A DNA stretch of 64,000 bases. Origin: Eledone cirrhosa. Lineage: Eukaryota. The stretch is from positions 5,084,001 through 5,148,000 of the forward strand of contig OZ024741.1 in NCBI GenBank assembly GCA_964016885.1, given 5' to 3'. The notes beneath the pieces are model-generated. The model made no database searches and was not told where the DNA came from. It worked only from the letters and a program-made list of their open reading frames with translations. Both the position numbers and the translations under genes were made by a program. Shown piece after piece: positions 30,001-41,179 of the stretch; position 1 is the first letter of the stretch; each line of letters starts with the position of its first letter.

Positions 30001-33000
30001 AGGTGGGGTATGTTGAAACTGGAAAGTTAACCCTAAATTATAGTGTTTAGTGAATGGTAAAATTGTTTAGGTGGGGGTATGTTGAAACTGGAGAGTTAGC
30101 CCTAAATTATAGTGTTTAGTGAATGTTAGAACTGTTTAGAAGGTGGGTGGGGGGTATGTTGAAACTGGACAGTTAACCCTAAATTATAGTGTTTAGTGAA
30201 TCTTAAAACTGTTTAGATGGTGGGGGTATGTTGAAACTGGAGAATTAACCCTAAATTATAGTGTTTAGTGAATGTTAGAACTGTTTAGAAGGTGGGGGGT
30301 ATGTTGAAACTGGACAGTTAACCCTAAATTATAGTGTTGAGTGAATGTTAGAACTGTTTAGGTGGGGGTATGTTGAAACTGGACAGTTAGCCCTAAATTA
30401 TAGTGTTTAGTGAATATTAAAACTGTTTAGAAGGTGGGGGGGTATGTTGAATCTGGAAAGTTAACCCTAAATTATAGTGTTTAGTGAATGGTAAAACTGT
30501 TTAGAAGGTGGGGTATGTTGAAACTGGACAGTTAACCCTAAATTATAGTGTTGAGTGAATGTTAGAACTGTTTAGGTGGGGGTATGTTGAAACTGGACAG
30601 TTAGCCCTAAATTATAGTGTTTAGTGAATATTAAAACTGTTTAGAAGGTGGGGGGGTATGTTGAATCTGGAAAGTTAACCCTAAATTATAGTGTTTAGTG
30701 AATGGTAAAACTGTTTAGAAGGTGGGGTATGTTGAAACTGGACAGTTAACCCTAAATTATAGTGTTTAGTGAATGTTAGAACTGTTTAGAAGGTGGGGGG
30801 TATGTTGAAACTGGACAGTTAAGCCTAAATTAGTGTTGAGTGAATGTTAAAACTGTTTAGGTGGCGGTATGTTGAAACTGGACAGTTAGCCCTAAATTAT
30901 AGTGTTTAGTGAATATTAAAACTGTTTAGAAGGTGGGGGGGTATGTTGAATCTGGAAAGTTAACCCTAAATTATAGTGTTTAGTGAATGGTAAGACTGTT
31001 TAGAAGGTGGGGTATGTTGAAACTGGACAGTTAACCCTAAATTATAGTGTTTAGTGAATGTTAGAACTGTTTAGAAGGTGGAGTTTATGTTGAAACTGGA
31101 GAGTTAGCCCTAAATTATAGTGTTTAGAGAATGTTAGAACTGTTTAGAAGGTGGGGCTATGTTGAAACTGGAGAGTTAGCCCTAAATTATAGTGTTTAGT
31201 GAATGTTAGAACTGTTTAGAAGGTGGCAAGTATGTTGAAACTGGAGAGTTAGCCCTATATTATAGTGTTTAGTGAATGTTAAAACTGTTTAGAAGGTGGG
31301 GGTATGTTGAAACTGGAGAGTTAGCCCTATATTATAGTGTTTAGTGAATGTTAAAACTGTTTAGAAGGTGGGGCTATGTTGAAACTGGAGAGTTAGCCCT
31401 ATATTATAGTGTTTAGTGAATGTTAAAACTGTTTAGAAGGTGGGGGTATGTTGAAACTGGAGAGTTAGCCCTATATTATAGTGTTTAGTGAATGTTAAAA
31501 CTGTTTAGAAGGTGGGGGTATGTTGAAACTGGACAGTTAACCCTAAATTATAGTGTTTAGTGAATGTTAGAACTGTTTAGAAGGTGGGGGGTATGTTGAA
31601 TCTGGAGAGTTAGCCCTAAATTATAGTGTTTAGTGAATGTTAGAACTGTTTAGAAGGTGGAGGGTATGTTGAAACTGGACAGTTAAGCCTAAATCAGTGT
31701 TTAGTGAATGTTAGAACTGTTTAGAAGGTGGGGGTATGTTGAAACTGGAGAGTTAACCCTAAATTATAGTGTTTAGTGAATGTTAGAACTGTTTAGAAGG
31801 TGGGGGATATGTTGAATCTGGAGAGTTAGCCCTAAATTATAGTGTTTAGTGAATGTTAGAACTGTTTAGAAGGTGGGGGGTATGTTGAATCTGGAGAGTT
31901 AGGCCTAAATTATTGTGTTTAGTGAATGTTAGAACTGTTTAGAAGGTGGAGGGTATGTTGAAACTGGAGAGTTAGCCCTAAATGATAGTGTTTAGTGAAT
32001 GTTAGAACTGTTTAGAAGGTGGGTGGGGGGTATGTTGAAACTGGACAGTTAACCCTAAATTATAGCGTTTAGTGAATGTTAGAACGGTTTAGAAAGTGGG
32101 GGTTATGTTGAAACTGGACAGTTAACCCTAAATTATAGTGTTTAGTGAATGGTAAAATTGTTTAGAAGGTGGGGTATGTTGAAACTGGACAGTTAACCCT
32201 AAATTATAGTGTTTAGTGAATGGTAAAATTGTTTAGAAGGTGGGGTATGTTGAAACTGGACAGTTAACCCTAAATTATAGTGTTTAGTGAATATTAAAAC
32301 TGTTTAGAAGGTGGGGGTATGTTGAAACTGGAGAGTTAGCCCTAAATTATAGTGTTTAGTGAATGTTAGAACTGTTTAGAAGGTGGGTGGGGGGTATGTT
32401 GAAACTGGACAGTTAACCCTAAATTATAGTGTTTAGTGAATGTTAAAACTGTTTAGATGGTGGGGGTATGTTGAAACTGGACAGTTAAGCCTAAATTATA
32501 GTGTTTAGTGAATGGTAAAATTGTTTAGAAGGTGGGGTATGTTGAAACTGGACAGTTAACCCTAAATTATAGTGTTTAGTGAATGGTAAAATTGTTTAGA
32601 AGGTGGGGTATGTTGAAACTGGACAGTTAACCCTAAATTATAGTGTTTAGTGAATGGTAAAATTGTTTAGGTGGGGGTATGTTGAAACTGGAGAGTTAGC
32701 CCTAAATTATAGTGTTTAGTGAATGTTAGAACTGTTTAGAAGGTGGGTGGGGGGTATGTTGAAACTGGACAGTTAACCCTAAATTATAGTGTTTAGTGAA
32801 TGTTAAAACTGTTTAGATGGTGGGGGTATGTTGAAACTGGAGAATTAACCCTAAATTATAGTGTTTAGTGAATGTTAGAACTGTTTAGAAGGTGGGGGGT
32901 ATGTTGAAACTGGACAGTTAACCCTAAATTATAGTGTTGAGTGAATGTTAGAACTGTTTAGGTGGGGGTATGTTGAAACTGGACAGTTAGCCCTAAATTA

Positions 33001-34214
33001 TAGTGTTTAGTGAATATTAAAACTGTTTAGAAGGTGGGGGGGTATGTTGAATCTGGAAAGTTAACCCTAAATTATAGTGTTTAGTGAATGGTAAAACTGT
33101 TTAGAAGGTGGGGTATGTTGAAACTGGACAGTTAACCCTAAATTATAGTGTTGAGTGAATGTTAGAACTGTTTAGGTGGGGGTATGTTGAAACTGGACAG
33201 TTAGCCCTAAATTATAGTGTTTAGTGAATATTAAAACTGTTTAGAAGGTGGGGGGGTATGTTGAATCTGGAAAGTTAACCCTAAATTATAGTGTTTAGTG
33301 AATGGTAAAACTGTTTAGAAGGTGGGGTATGTTGAAACTGGACAGTTAACCCTAAATTATAGTGTTTAGTGAATGTTAGAACTGTTTAGGTGGGGGTATG
33401 TTGAAACTGGAGAGTTAGCCCTAAATTATAGTGTTTAGTGAATGTTAGAACTGTTTAGAAGGTGGGGGTTATGTTGAAACTGGAGAGTTAGCCCTAAATT
33501 ATAGTGTTTAGAGAATGTTAGAACTGTTTAGAAGGTGGGGCTATGTTGAAACTGGAGAGTTAGCCCTAAATTATAGTGTTTAGTGAATGTTAGAACTGTT
33601 TAGAAGGTGGCGAGTATGTTGAAACTGGAGAGTTAGCCCTATATTATAGTGTTTAGTGAATGTTAAAACTGTTTAGAAGGTGGGGGTATGCTGAAACTGG
33701 AGAGTTAGCCCTATATTATAGTGTTTAGTGAATGTTAAAACTGTTTAGAAGGTGGGGCTATGTTGAAACTGGAGAGTTAGCCCTATATTATAGTGTTTAG
33801 TGAATGTTAAAACTGTTTAGAAGGTGGGGGTATGTTGAAACTGGAGAGTTAGCCCTATATTATAGTGTTTAGTGAATGTTAAAACTGTTTAGAAGGTGGG
33901 GGTATGTTGAAACTGGACAGTTAACCCTAAATTATAGTGTTTAGTGAATGTTAGAACTGTTTAGAAGGTGGAGGGTATGTTGAAACTGGAGAGTTAGCCC
34001 TATATTATAGTGTTTAGTGAATGTTAAAACTGTTTAGAAGGTGGGGGTATGTTGAAACTGGAGAGTTAGCCCTATATTATAGTGTTTAGTGAATGTTAAA
34101 ACTGTTTAGAAGGTGGGGGTATGTTGAAACTGGACAGTTAACCCTAAATTATAGTGTTTAGTGAATGTTAGAACTGTTTAGAAGGTGGAGGGTATGTTGA
34201 AACTGGAGAGTTAG
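1..34214. repeat. Satellite DNA array, ~72-bp monomer (~475 copies), with nested higher-order repeats
   Basis: Uninterrupted head-to-tail copies of consensus TATAGTGTTTAGTGAATGTTAGAACTGTTTAGAAGGTGGGGGTATGTTGAAACTGGA(G/C)AGTTA(G/A)CCCTAAAT. Length varies mainly in the G-run. No ORF is reported in the track. The array runs off the left edge and ends abruptly at ...AACTGGAGAGTTAG (34214). Confidence 0.99.
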
Positions 34215-34239
34215 ATGGCTACCTGGATTGACAGATATA

Positions 34240-34330
34240 ACTGAGAGGACTGGAGCAATGTGAAATAAAGTGTATTGCTCAAAGACACATGCCGCCAGAT
34301 CTAGAACTCATTACAACCATGATAGTAATG
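34240..34330 (-). mobile_element. Degenerate CORE-type SINE fragment
   Basis: The minus strand reads GTGTCTTTGAGCAATACACTTTATTTCACATTGCTCCAGTCC, resembling the CORE-SINE motif GTGTCCTTGAGCAAGACACTT. It is preceded by a degenerate B-box-like GAGTTCTAGA. Confidence 0.55.
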
Positions 34331-34419
34331 TAGTTTGTACTATATACATAGAAACAGTCACACATACACACCCATACAACACACATACCTACAAGGGTTA
34401 ATGGCAAATGTAAATTGAT

Positions 34420-34515
34420 TTCTAATTGAGGCACAAGGCCAGTATTTTGAAGGGGGGGGGGGGGGGGCAAAGTTGATTAAATCAACCCCAGTACTTACCT
34501 ACTTATTTATTTTAT
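34420..34515 (-). mobile_element. 3' fragment of tRNA-derived SINE (Deu/Nin-domain-like family)
   Basis: AGGCACAAGGCCAG...GATTAAATCAACCCCAGTAC matches the reverse complement of the 3' part of the copy at 49547-49735. Confidence 0.6.
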
Positions 34516-34834
34516 CTAAACGTCTGTGTAGAGCTAGTAAGCAATGACAGACTAGGGGAAATATCGAGTACTTGATTGGTACTTTATTTAATTTAAACGT
34601 CCATGTAGAGCTAGTAAGCAATGACAGACTAGAAGAAGAATCTAGTACTTGATTGATATTATCGACCTCGGTGGGACGTTAAAAATACGGCAATGCCATA
34701 TTATCTGACGCTCTAACCGCCCCCCATGGTACATACAATATACCAGACTTTCATGTCAGTATATGTGGCAACATTACCCAACAAATGAACATATTTTCAA
34801 CTCTGTTTCTATAAAACCCTTCATTACAGTTATA

Positions 34835-34934
34835 CAGGCTGTCCCCAAAAATATATACGCACTTCAACAACATTCTAATAAATATTGCCTGTACGGGTAA
34901 TCAACGTGTGTATACATTTTTGGGGGGGACACTG
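34835..34934. mobile_element. Short Tc1/mariner-type MITE
   Basis: Imperfect TIRs CAGGCTGTCCCCAAAAATATATAC ... GTATACATTTTTGGGGGGGACACTG, flanked by TA on both sides. Confidence 0.7.
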
Positions 34935-34991
34935 TATATATGAAATATCTCCACAACATTCTGTATATATAAGCAATAAGTTATATAATAA

Positions 34992-35153
34992 TTGTTTCTA
35001 CTTTAGGCACAAGGCCAGCAAATACCCAGTGCATTACTGGTACTTTATTTTATCAACCCCGTAAGGATGAAAGGCAAAGTCAACCTCGGCGGGATTTGAA
35101 CTCAGACCGCAAAGGGACGTAACTATGCTGGAAAGCATGGCGTCCGACCCTCT
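34992..35153 (-). mobile_element. tRNA-derived SINE with 17-bp target-site duplication
   Basis: The minus strand carries B-box GAGTTCAAATCC followed by GCCTTTCATCCTTACGGGGTTGATAAAATAAAGTACCAG (Deu/Nin-like core). AATAAGTTATATAATAA is duplicated exactly at 34975-34991 and 35154-35170. Confidence 0.9.
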
Positions 35154-35373
35154 AATAAGTTATATAATAATACTGCGTTGTTTCTATCCAATATTTATAA
35201 ACAAAAGTTTTTAATGTAAACAGATGTTGAAAATTACAAGAGATATGTTTATTAACTAAATCTTATGACTAATAGCATTATTTTCAGGAAAACCTATTTC
35301 TAAACTCCCTGCTTACACATTATATAATACCAAATATATTCAAAATTAACCAGAACAGCTTACATTAAATACA

Positions 35374-35666
35374 CAGTGAAAACTCGGTTCACGAACTTGA
35401 TTCCTACTTGAAAGTCGTTCGTCATCCGAAACTATTTTTTTCACACGAAATGTTGGGAGATAAATACCGGACTGTGTGTGAAAGATATCACCATAGTAAC
35501 TAATTGCACAGCAAGTGACACTTTCTCGTCGATACTGCCAGCTTGTCGCCAACCGTTGTTGCCGGATTACGTGTTCGTTACTCGAGACACCATTCGTCAT
35601 CCGAGGCGTTTTATATTCGGAAAAATTGTTCGTGAACTGATTTATTCGTGACGCGAGGTTCCACTG
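35374..35666. mobile_element. pogo/Tigger-like MITE
   Basis: TIR-like ends CAGTGAAAACTCGGTTCACGAAC ... TTCGTGACGCGAGGTTCCACTG|TA, with sub-terminal GTTCGT repeats inside. Confidence 0.65.
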
Positions 35667-35670
35667 TATA

Positions 35671-35772
35671 TAATTGTTTCTACTTTTGGCAGAAGGCCAG
35701 CAATTACCCCAGTGCATTACTGGTACTTTATTTTATTGACCCCGTAAGGATAAAAGGCAAAGTTAACCTCGG
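35671..35772 (-). mobile_element. 5'-truncated SINE of the same family
   Basis: Near-identical to 34992-35090 (TTGTTTCTACT...CCCAGTGCATTACTGGTACTTTATTTTAT...AACCTCGGC). Confidence 0.85.
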
Positions 35773-36924
35773 CATACATCAATAGACGTGTGTGAACATT
35801 TCTTAAACATATTCCGATATAGTATTTAGTCAGCCCTGATTAAGAGAGGGAGAAGGGTTTAGTATGTTATGAGCAGAACCTCTAAGAGAAATGTTGCAAG
35901 GCGGTACAAGACCTCTTTGGGACTCGAAGAAGGCAAAGATTTTTCTCAAAATGGATATTGCATGGTTAATGGGCCTTCTTAGCTCTTGGGCCCAGGAACA
36001 AATTACCAGCTGGACCCCCACCTCTCATAGGCCGAGCTTATGATAATTTGGCAAACATTTACTCTGTACCAACGTATGTAAACAAATTATGTTCCACTTG
36101 GACAATATAGTAATTATAGAAAAGTGGAAATACGTAACAACATTGGGAAATGAGTAATTTAGCTGATTATGTGTCTAATTATTTATAATTATTATTTATA
36201 ATAGGAACAGCTATAGTTCATTTAGTAAAGGATTCGTAAATTTTATTATACAAAGCATATAAATAAATTTACAGTAGAAATATGTTTTAAATATATACAT
36301 AACATTACAAATGCTTAGATAATATAAATTGTTCGCGATTCTTTCAAAAGGATATATTCCTTTAATATTAAAGAAAATATAAAGGAAGAGGTGGTCAACG
36401 GAGCCAACACCAGAGCAAAAGACAGCAGCCAGGGGTACCAGGAAACCTCTCTAATGATTTAGCAAACGTCTACTAATCTCTGACTACATTGGTATTATCA
36501 ATAAACCAAGTTCCCGTTAACCAGTTGTTGGCGGTGACACTACATGTTTATTATAGTGTTTCAGTGAGACTTGGAAATGTTGGGAGGTGTGTGTACACAT
36601 ATATGCATACATACATATATGTATATATAGACAGGCGAAGTATATCGATGTAAAATGACATAGGAAAATCTGCTTCGTAGAATCAAGACGTATCTGAGGA
36701 CCTTGCGATTATCAGAGTCAGGTTCGATCATCACATCGATCGTGCCTCGAGCTGGTCGCCAGAGAAACGATTGTAATATGTCTAAGAAATTCCATTCGTC
36801 GCAACACTGATTCTCTTTTTTTCTGTGATATATATATATATATATCGACCACCCCACTCTCAAGAGAGTGAAACTAATAAACCTTTGTTCGTACTGCCTC
36901 TCTGTTTTATTCCCGTTCAATTTT

Positions 36925-36970
<46 letters not shown>

Positions 36971-37033
36971 AAAAAAGGGAAAGAATGACTTCACTTGTAG
37001 TTCTAAACAATTTTGAGCAAATATATATTAAAA

Positions 37034-37167
37034 TAGAGCAAATATATATTAAAATAACAGATTAAAGTTTAAGCAAAGAATCGCTGCTTTCACCCTTAAC
37101 GTCAAGGGTGAAAGCAGCGATTCTTTGCTTAAACTTTAATCTGTTATTTTAATATATATTTGCTCTA
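37034..37167. repeat. Near-perfect 134-bp palindrome
   Basis: TAGAGCAAATATATATT...GCTTTCACCCTT-AACGTC-AAGGGTGAAAGC...AATATATATTTGCTCTA. The arms are exactly complementary, with one mismatch near the centre. Confidence 0.95.
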
Positions 37168-37225
37168 CGGTTCTTATATATTTATCCTTATCGAGCCCTC
37201 TTTGGATTTTAGTCTTCACATTTAT

Positions 37226-37420
37226 TATGGTGGATTGGCAGTATCGGTAGAGGGTCGGACGCCATGCTTTCCAGCATAGTTACGTCCCTTTACGATCTGA
37301 GTTCAAATCCCGCCGAGGTTAACTTTGCCTTTCATCCTTACGGGGTCGATAAAATAAAGTACCAGTAATGCACTGGGTTATTGCTGGCCTTGTGCCTAAA
37401 GTAGAAACAATTATTATTAT
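37226..37420 (+). mobile_element. Full-length tRNA-derived SINE
   Basis: A-box-like TGGCAGTATCGG, B-box GAGTTCAAATCC, core GCCTTTCATCCTTACGGGGTCGATAAAATAAAGTACCAG, and end GTAGAAACA followed by an (ATT)n tail. Confidence 0.9.
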
Positions 37421-37421
37421 T

Positions 37422-37452
<31 letters not shown>

Positions 37453-38659
37453 ATAGATGAAGAATTAGAAATAGAAGCCAGGAATATACGTCATCAGTGG
37501 TCTACTAGTCATCATAGGTATTTCTTCGCATTACAGACCATATACCTCAAGCTAGAGCGATACAATAACTAAATTAAGTTATTGGGTGGAGAGAGAGAGA
37601 GAGAGGTAAACAAACACGAATGGTGAGGCAACGTAAAGAGAGGAAAAAATGAGAAAATCAAGTCAATAATTCATTTTGAACATAAGAACTTGCGAATATT
37701 GACGAGAAGGCAAGACATATCTTGGCCGTGCGAATGTGAGCGAGGAAAGAATTTCAGACGGTGTGGGACGATGTAGGAAGGGAGAGAGAGGGTGAGTAGC
37801 AGAGAGTGAGTGGGTGAAAGTGTGAGGAAGAGGCTAGCCGAGAGAGGGTGACTAGCAGAGGGGGTGAGTGAAAGTAAGAGGGAGGAGAGAGAAAGAGGAT
37901 AGCAGTAAGGGAAGAGAAAAAGACAGGTCACAGCGAAGGGGAAAGCATATATGAATGAAAAATGGCGAGCTGTGTTGTTGCAATAGGATATATATATAAT
38001 AAATGATATATATATATATATATTGTTATGCTTTGGAAGGGTCATGTTGCCAATAAAGAATAGGGGCCCGAACTCTTGCAGTTTCAACAAGTTCCAAACT
38101 GGAACTTGTTTCTTTTGGCAATGTTTTCATTAAATAAACATTTTTTAAAATTACTCTTTGGAGACTTAGTTTCTTTCATCAGAAATTTTGACTTTTATCT
38201 GCATACTGAATTCTGCTTTTTTTATATATTTTTTCCTAGTTTCTATCTGTTTGTTTGCCTTAAAAAGTATTTTAAAACGGCAAGAGCTCAACCGTCGGGT
38301 CTCGTCACTATAATATATATAAACATACATTGACGAGGCCATAGGGAACATTCGCCATAAACCCGTTTACCCATAATTATTTACTCAATGAGATACAGTC
38401 TGAACGTGCATCAAGCAAAACCTGTTTTCATCCATCCAATATATATAAACAATGAGTTATATATATATATTTCGTTGCTGAATTTGTTTAGCAAGATTCT
38501 TTATCTGAAAACGTGTGTTGAAACCGATATTGTTATACTTTGGGAGGGTCATGTTGCCAATAAGAAACACACGCACCAGTTGCTTCATTTCAATTTATTA
38601 TAAATTTCCGGTTGGTTGGTTGGTTGGTTGGTTCCACAACCGGACGGTTGTTCATATAT

Positions 38660-38704
38660 TGTCAAAGTTCTTTCGTCGCACATTCTGTGACCTCTTCAGT
38701 GACA
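38660..38704 (-). ncRNA. Minimal type-I hammerhead ribozyme-like motif (Penelope pLTR type)
   Basis: The minus strand reads UGUCA-CUGAAGA-G-GUCACAGAAUGUGCGAC-GAAA-G-AA-C-U-U-UGACA. It has both core boxes, stem I UGUCA/UGACA, a stem II hairpin GUC...GAC and a 2-bp stem III, as in PLE minimal hammerheads. Confidence 0.6.
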
Positions 38705-38964
38705 GGGGATTCTTTTCTTTGTTTTGTGCCTCTCCTTTGTTCTCTCCTACGCCATCTTGTTTAAGATGGCTGAAACAGTTCTAGTCCTGTAGAATCTCTT
38801 CTATATTAAAACTTTTATACTCTGCTATGTATTGAGTACCTTACTTACTGTGGTTACCTCCGATTCAACCCGAAATAACTTATATATATATATATATATA
38901 AACAATGAGTTTATATATATATATTTATTTAAACAATGAGTTATATATATATATATATATATAT

Positions 38965-39244
38965 ACAATATATTAATAAATGGAAACTATATTTATAAAA
39001 CCATATTTATTTTATTATATATATTTCAAGGGCGACTAAGGTACATTATGGTGCGCTTTCATCAGATAAAATACAGATTTGTTTTATAAACAAATATTGA
39101 CATACCCGGAAAAAAGACAACCTCAACGGTTGAAATTCAGTGGATAGTCAGAGTAAAGTGCACCATAATCTACCTTGGTCGCACTTGAAATATATATAAT
39201 AAATATGGTTTTATAAATATAGTTTCCATTTATTAATATATTGT
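38965..39244. repeat. Inverted repeat, ~92-bp arms with ~95-bp spacer (probable Penelope inverted pLTR remnant)
   Basis: 38965-39059 (ACAATATATTAATAAATGGAAAC...TGGTGCGCTTT) is the imperfect reverse complement of 39155-39244. CTGATGA lies on the minus strand next to the left arm, and TTGAGTGCTTTATATC follows the right arm. Confidence 0.75.
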
Positions 39245-39350
39245 GTATTTACTCCACTAGATGTTGAGTGCTTTATATCAGTTATAAAAATGTTTAAGCT
39301 TGTTGAATCCCAACAAATTAAATATAACCTCTGCATATATATAAACAATG

Positions 39351-39569
39351 CAAGGTGGTCGTGTAGGCGCCACGGAAAAAGCACCCAGCACTCACTGTAA
39401 ATGAGGTTGGTGTTAGGAAGGGCATCCAGCTGCAGAAATCAAGCCAAAATCAGTTCCTGTATGAGCAAGGCATGGTCAGCCGACCAGACACTGCCCACAA
39501 CAGGACAACCCGTCTAACCCATGCTAGCGTGGAAGAACGGACGTAAAACGGTGATGATGATGATGATGA
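39351..39569 (+). mobile_element. RTE-type LINE 3'-UTR fragment (or RTE-tailed SINE) with (GAT)n tail and TSD
   Basis: GGTGTTAGGAAGGGCATCCAG...CCCGTCTAACCCATGCTAGCGTGGAAG...(GAT)n. It is homologous to the 3' end of the RTE at 48551-48800 (-). ATATATAAACAATG occurs on both sides. Confidence 0.8.
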
Positions 39570-39702
39570 AATATATATATATATAAACAATGAGTTATAT
39601 ATATATATATATATATATAAAAATGAAAGGTATAGAAAATATTGTAGCAAAAAGCCAACAGTATTCCATAATATATAATATATCACGTATATAAACAATG
39701 AG

Positions 39703-39751
<49 letters not shown>

Positions 39752-40107
39752 CAGAAAGAGTAGTGAGGGTAAATTCCTGTGAGAAAAAAAAAAAAAAAAA
39801 AAAAAAAAAATAGAAAACTAGAAAAAAATACTAATTTCTTAGCGAACCCTAACAGGAATAAGTGGGAGAATGAGAAGAGGAGAACCCTAACTGGAGCTTT
39901 TCTATAAATTTATCAACGAAATCTCCTCTCAGATCTTCAATCTTTTCCAATCATTTATTTGTTAATAATTTATTTCCAACACCAACTTCTATCAGATTGT
40001 TTACAGTGGATTTCAGTTGCCCCATAAATTAACTCAGGTGAGAGTCAGATCAGGGTCACCTAAGAATCCCATAAAACTTAAGTTACATTATATTATCAGG
40101 TTTTATC

Positions 40108-40271
40108 GGTAGAGGGTCGGAAGCCATGCTTTCCAGCATAGTTACGTCCCTTTACGATCTGAGTTCAAATCCTGCCGAGGTTGACTTTGCCTTTCATCCT
40201 TACGGGGTCGATAAAATAAAGTACCAGTAATGCACTGGGTAATTGCTGGCCTTGTGCCTAAAGTAGAAACA
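40108..40271 (+). mobile_element. SINE with 21-bp target-site duplication
   Basis: Same family as 37226-37420. ATTATATTATCAGGTTTTATC is duplicated exactly at 40087-40107 and 40272-40292. Confidence 0.92.
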
Positions 40272-40551
40272 ATTATATTATCAGGTTTTATCTTTCACTT
40301 TACATCACTTTTCTTTTATTGTCTGTCATTGGATAATATATCTACACATCACTTCATCCGTCTTCAACTAGAAACTTTAAGTACTCTTGTCCCGCTAGAA
40401 ATAGCAGCTAATTTCCTCACAAATCGTCTCTTTTGTTGTTAGAAAGTGAGAAACATTGGATGATGTCTTCCTTAAATTACGATGTCTGTAAAATATTGGT
40501 TTGGGTCACATCTGAAACACTTGACGGGGTTTAATATAACAACTCTCCTAT

Positions 40552-40646
40552 ATCTCACCTTCGACATACTCGCAATCGACTTTTTTCCGAACCCCCAATT
40601 CCCTTTTCGGAAAAAAAGTCGATTGCGAGTATATCGGAGGTGAGAT
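40552..40646. repeat. Hairpin / MITE-like inverted repeat with ~40-bp arms
   Basis: ATCTCACCTTCGACATACTCGCAATCGACTTTTTTCCGAA ... TTCGGAAAAAAAGTCGATTGCGAGTATATCGGAGGTGAGAT. Confidence 0.85.
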
Positions 40647-41179
40647 TCGTTGAAAACTCACGAAAAAAGAAAAAATTTAAAATAATTTCTTAGCGAACCC
40701 CAGCAGGTGATTTTTTTTATAAATCTATCCTTTCATTATATATCTAAAGTGGAATTGTCCCAAGATGAAATGAAACGAAATTTAAAATAAATAAGATGAA
40801 ACATTACTGACCATTTGATGGAGCAAGAGGCGTGTGGAGGGTAAGTGGCGTAAATATAGAGAAGACCGATGGTAAATAATACTGTGATTCCAACAACAGA
40901 CAGACAGAAAAGACGACCACATAGAGATATACATCGTCTTTTCATATGGAAACTTCTTTTACTTCTAACACCAGTATTTAGTTTCTTGTATCCAGTCATA
41001 TTGATAACTTCTGTAATAATTATTTCTACTTTTTAACAATAGCTGCTATGTAAACAACTAAACAAAGAGAAATGACACAACTTTTACTTCGTCAAGAAAA
41101 GATAACTTTACAAACTTCCGGTTCTAACAACTAGCGACCTCTCTCGGTTGGGTTCCTCACTGCTTTAATGTGTATATAT

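Noticed and set aside
1-34214. CRISPR-like or coding interpretation of the 72-bp array
   Set aside because: There are no unique spacers, no cas genes and no ORFs in the track, and the context is eukaryotic. It is a satellite.
1-34214. True telomeric repeat or G-quadruplex array
   Set aside because: There is only one CCCTAA and one G-run per 72 bp, with no tandem (TTAGGG)n.
37235-37320. tRNA genes at the A/B-box motifs
   Set aside because: There is no cloverleaf or CCA-end context, and the motifs run into the SINE core and tail.
40815-41125. Possible host exon or promoter (ATGGAG...GG|GTAAGT at ~40840; ETS-like ACTTCCGG at ~41114)
   Set aside because: These are isolated short motifs expected by chance, and no downstream exons could be identified.
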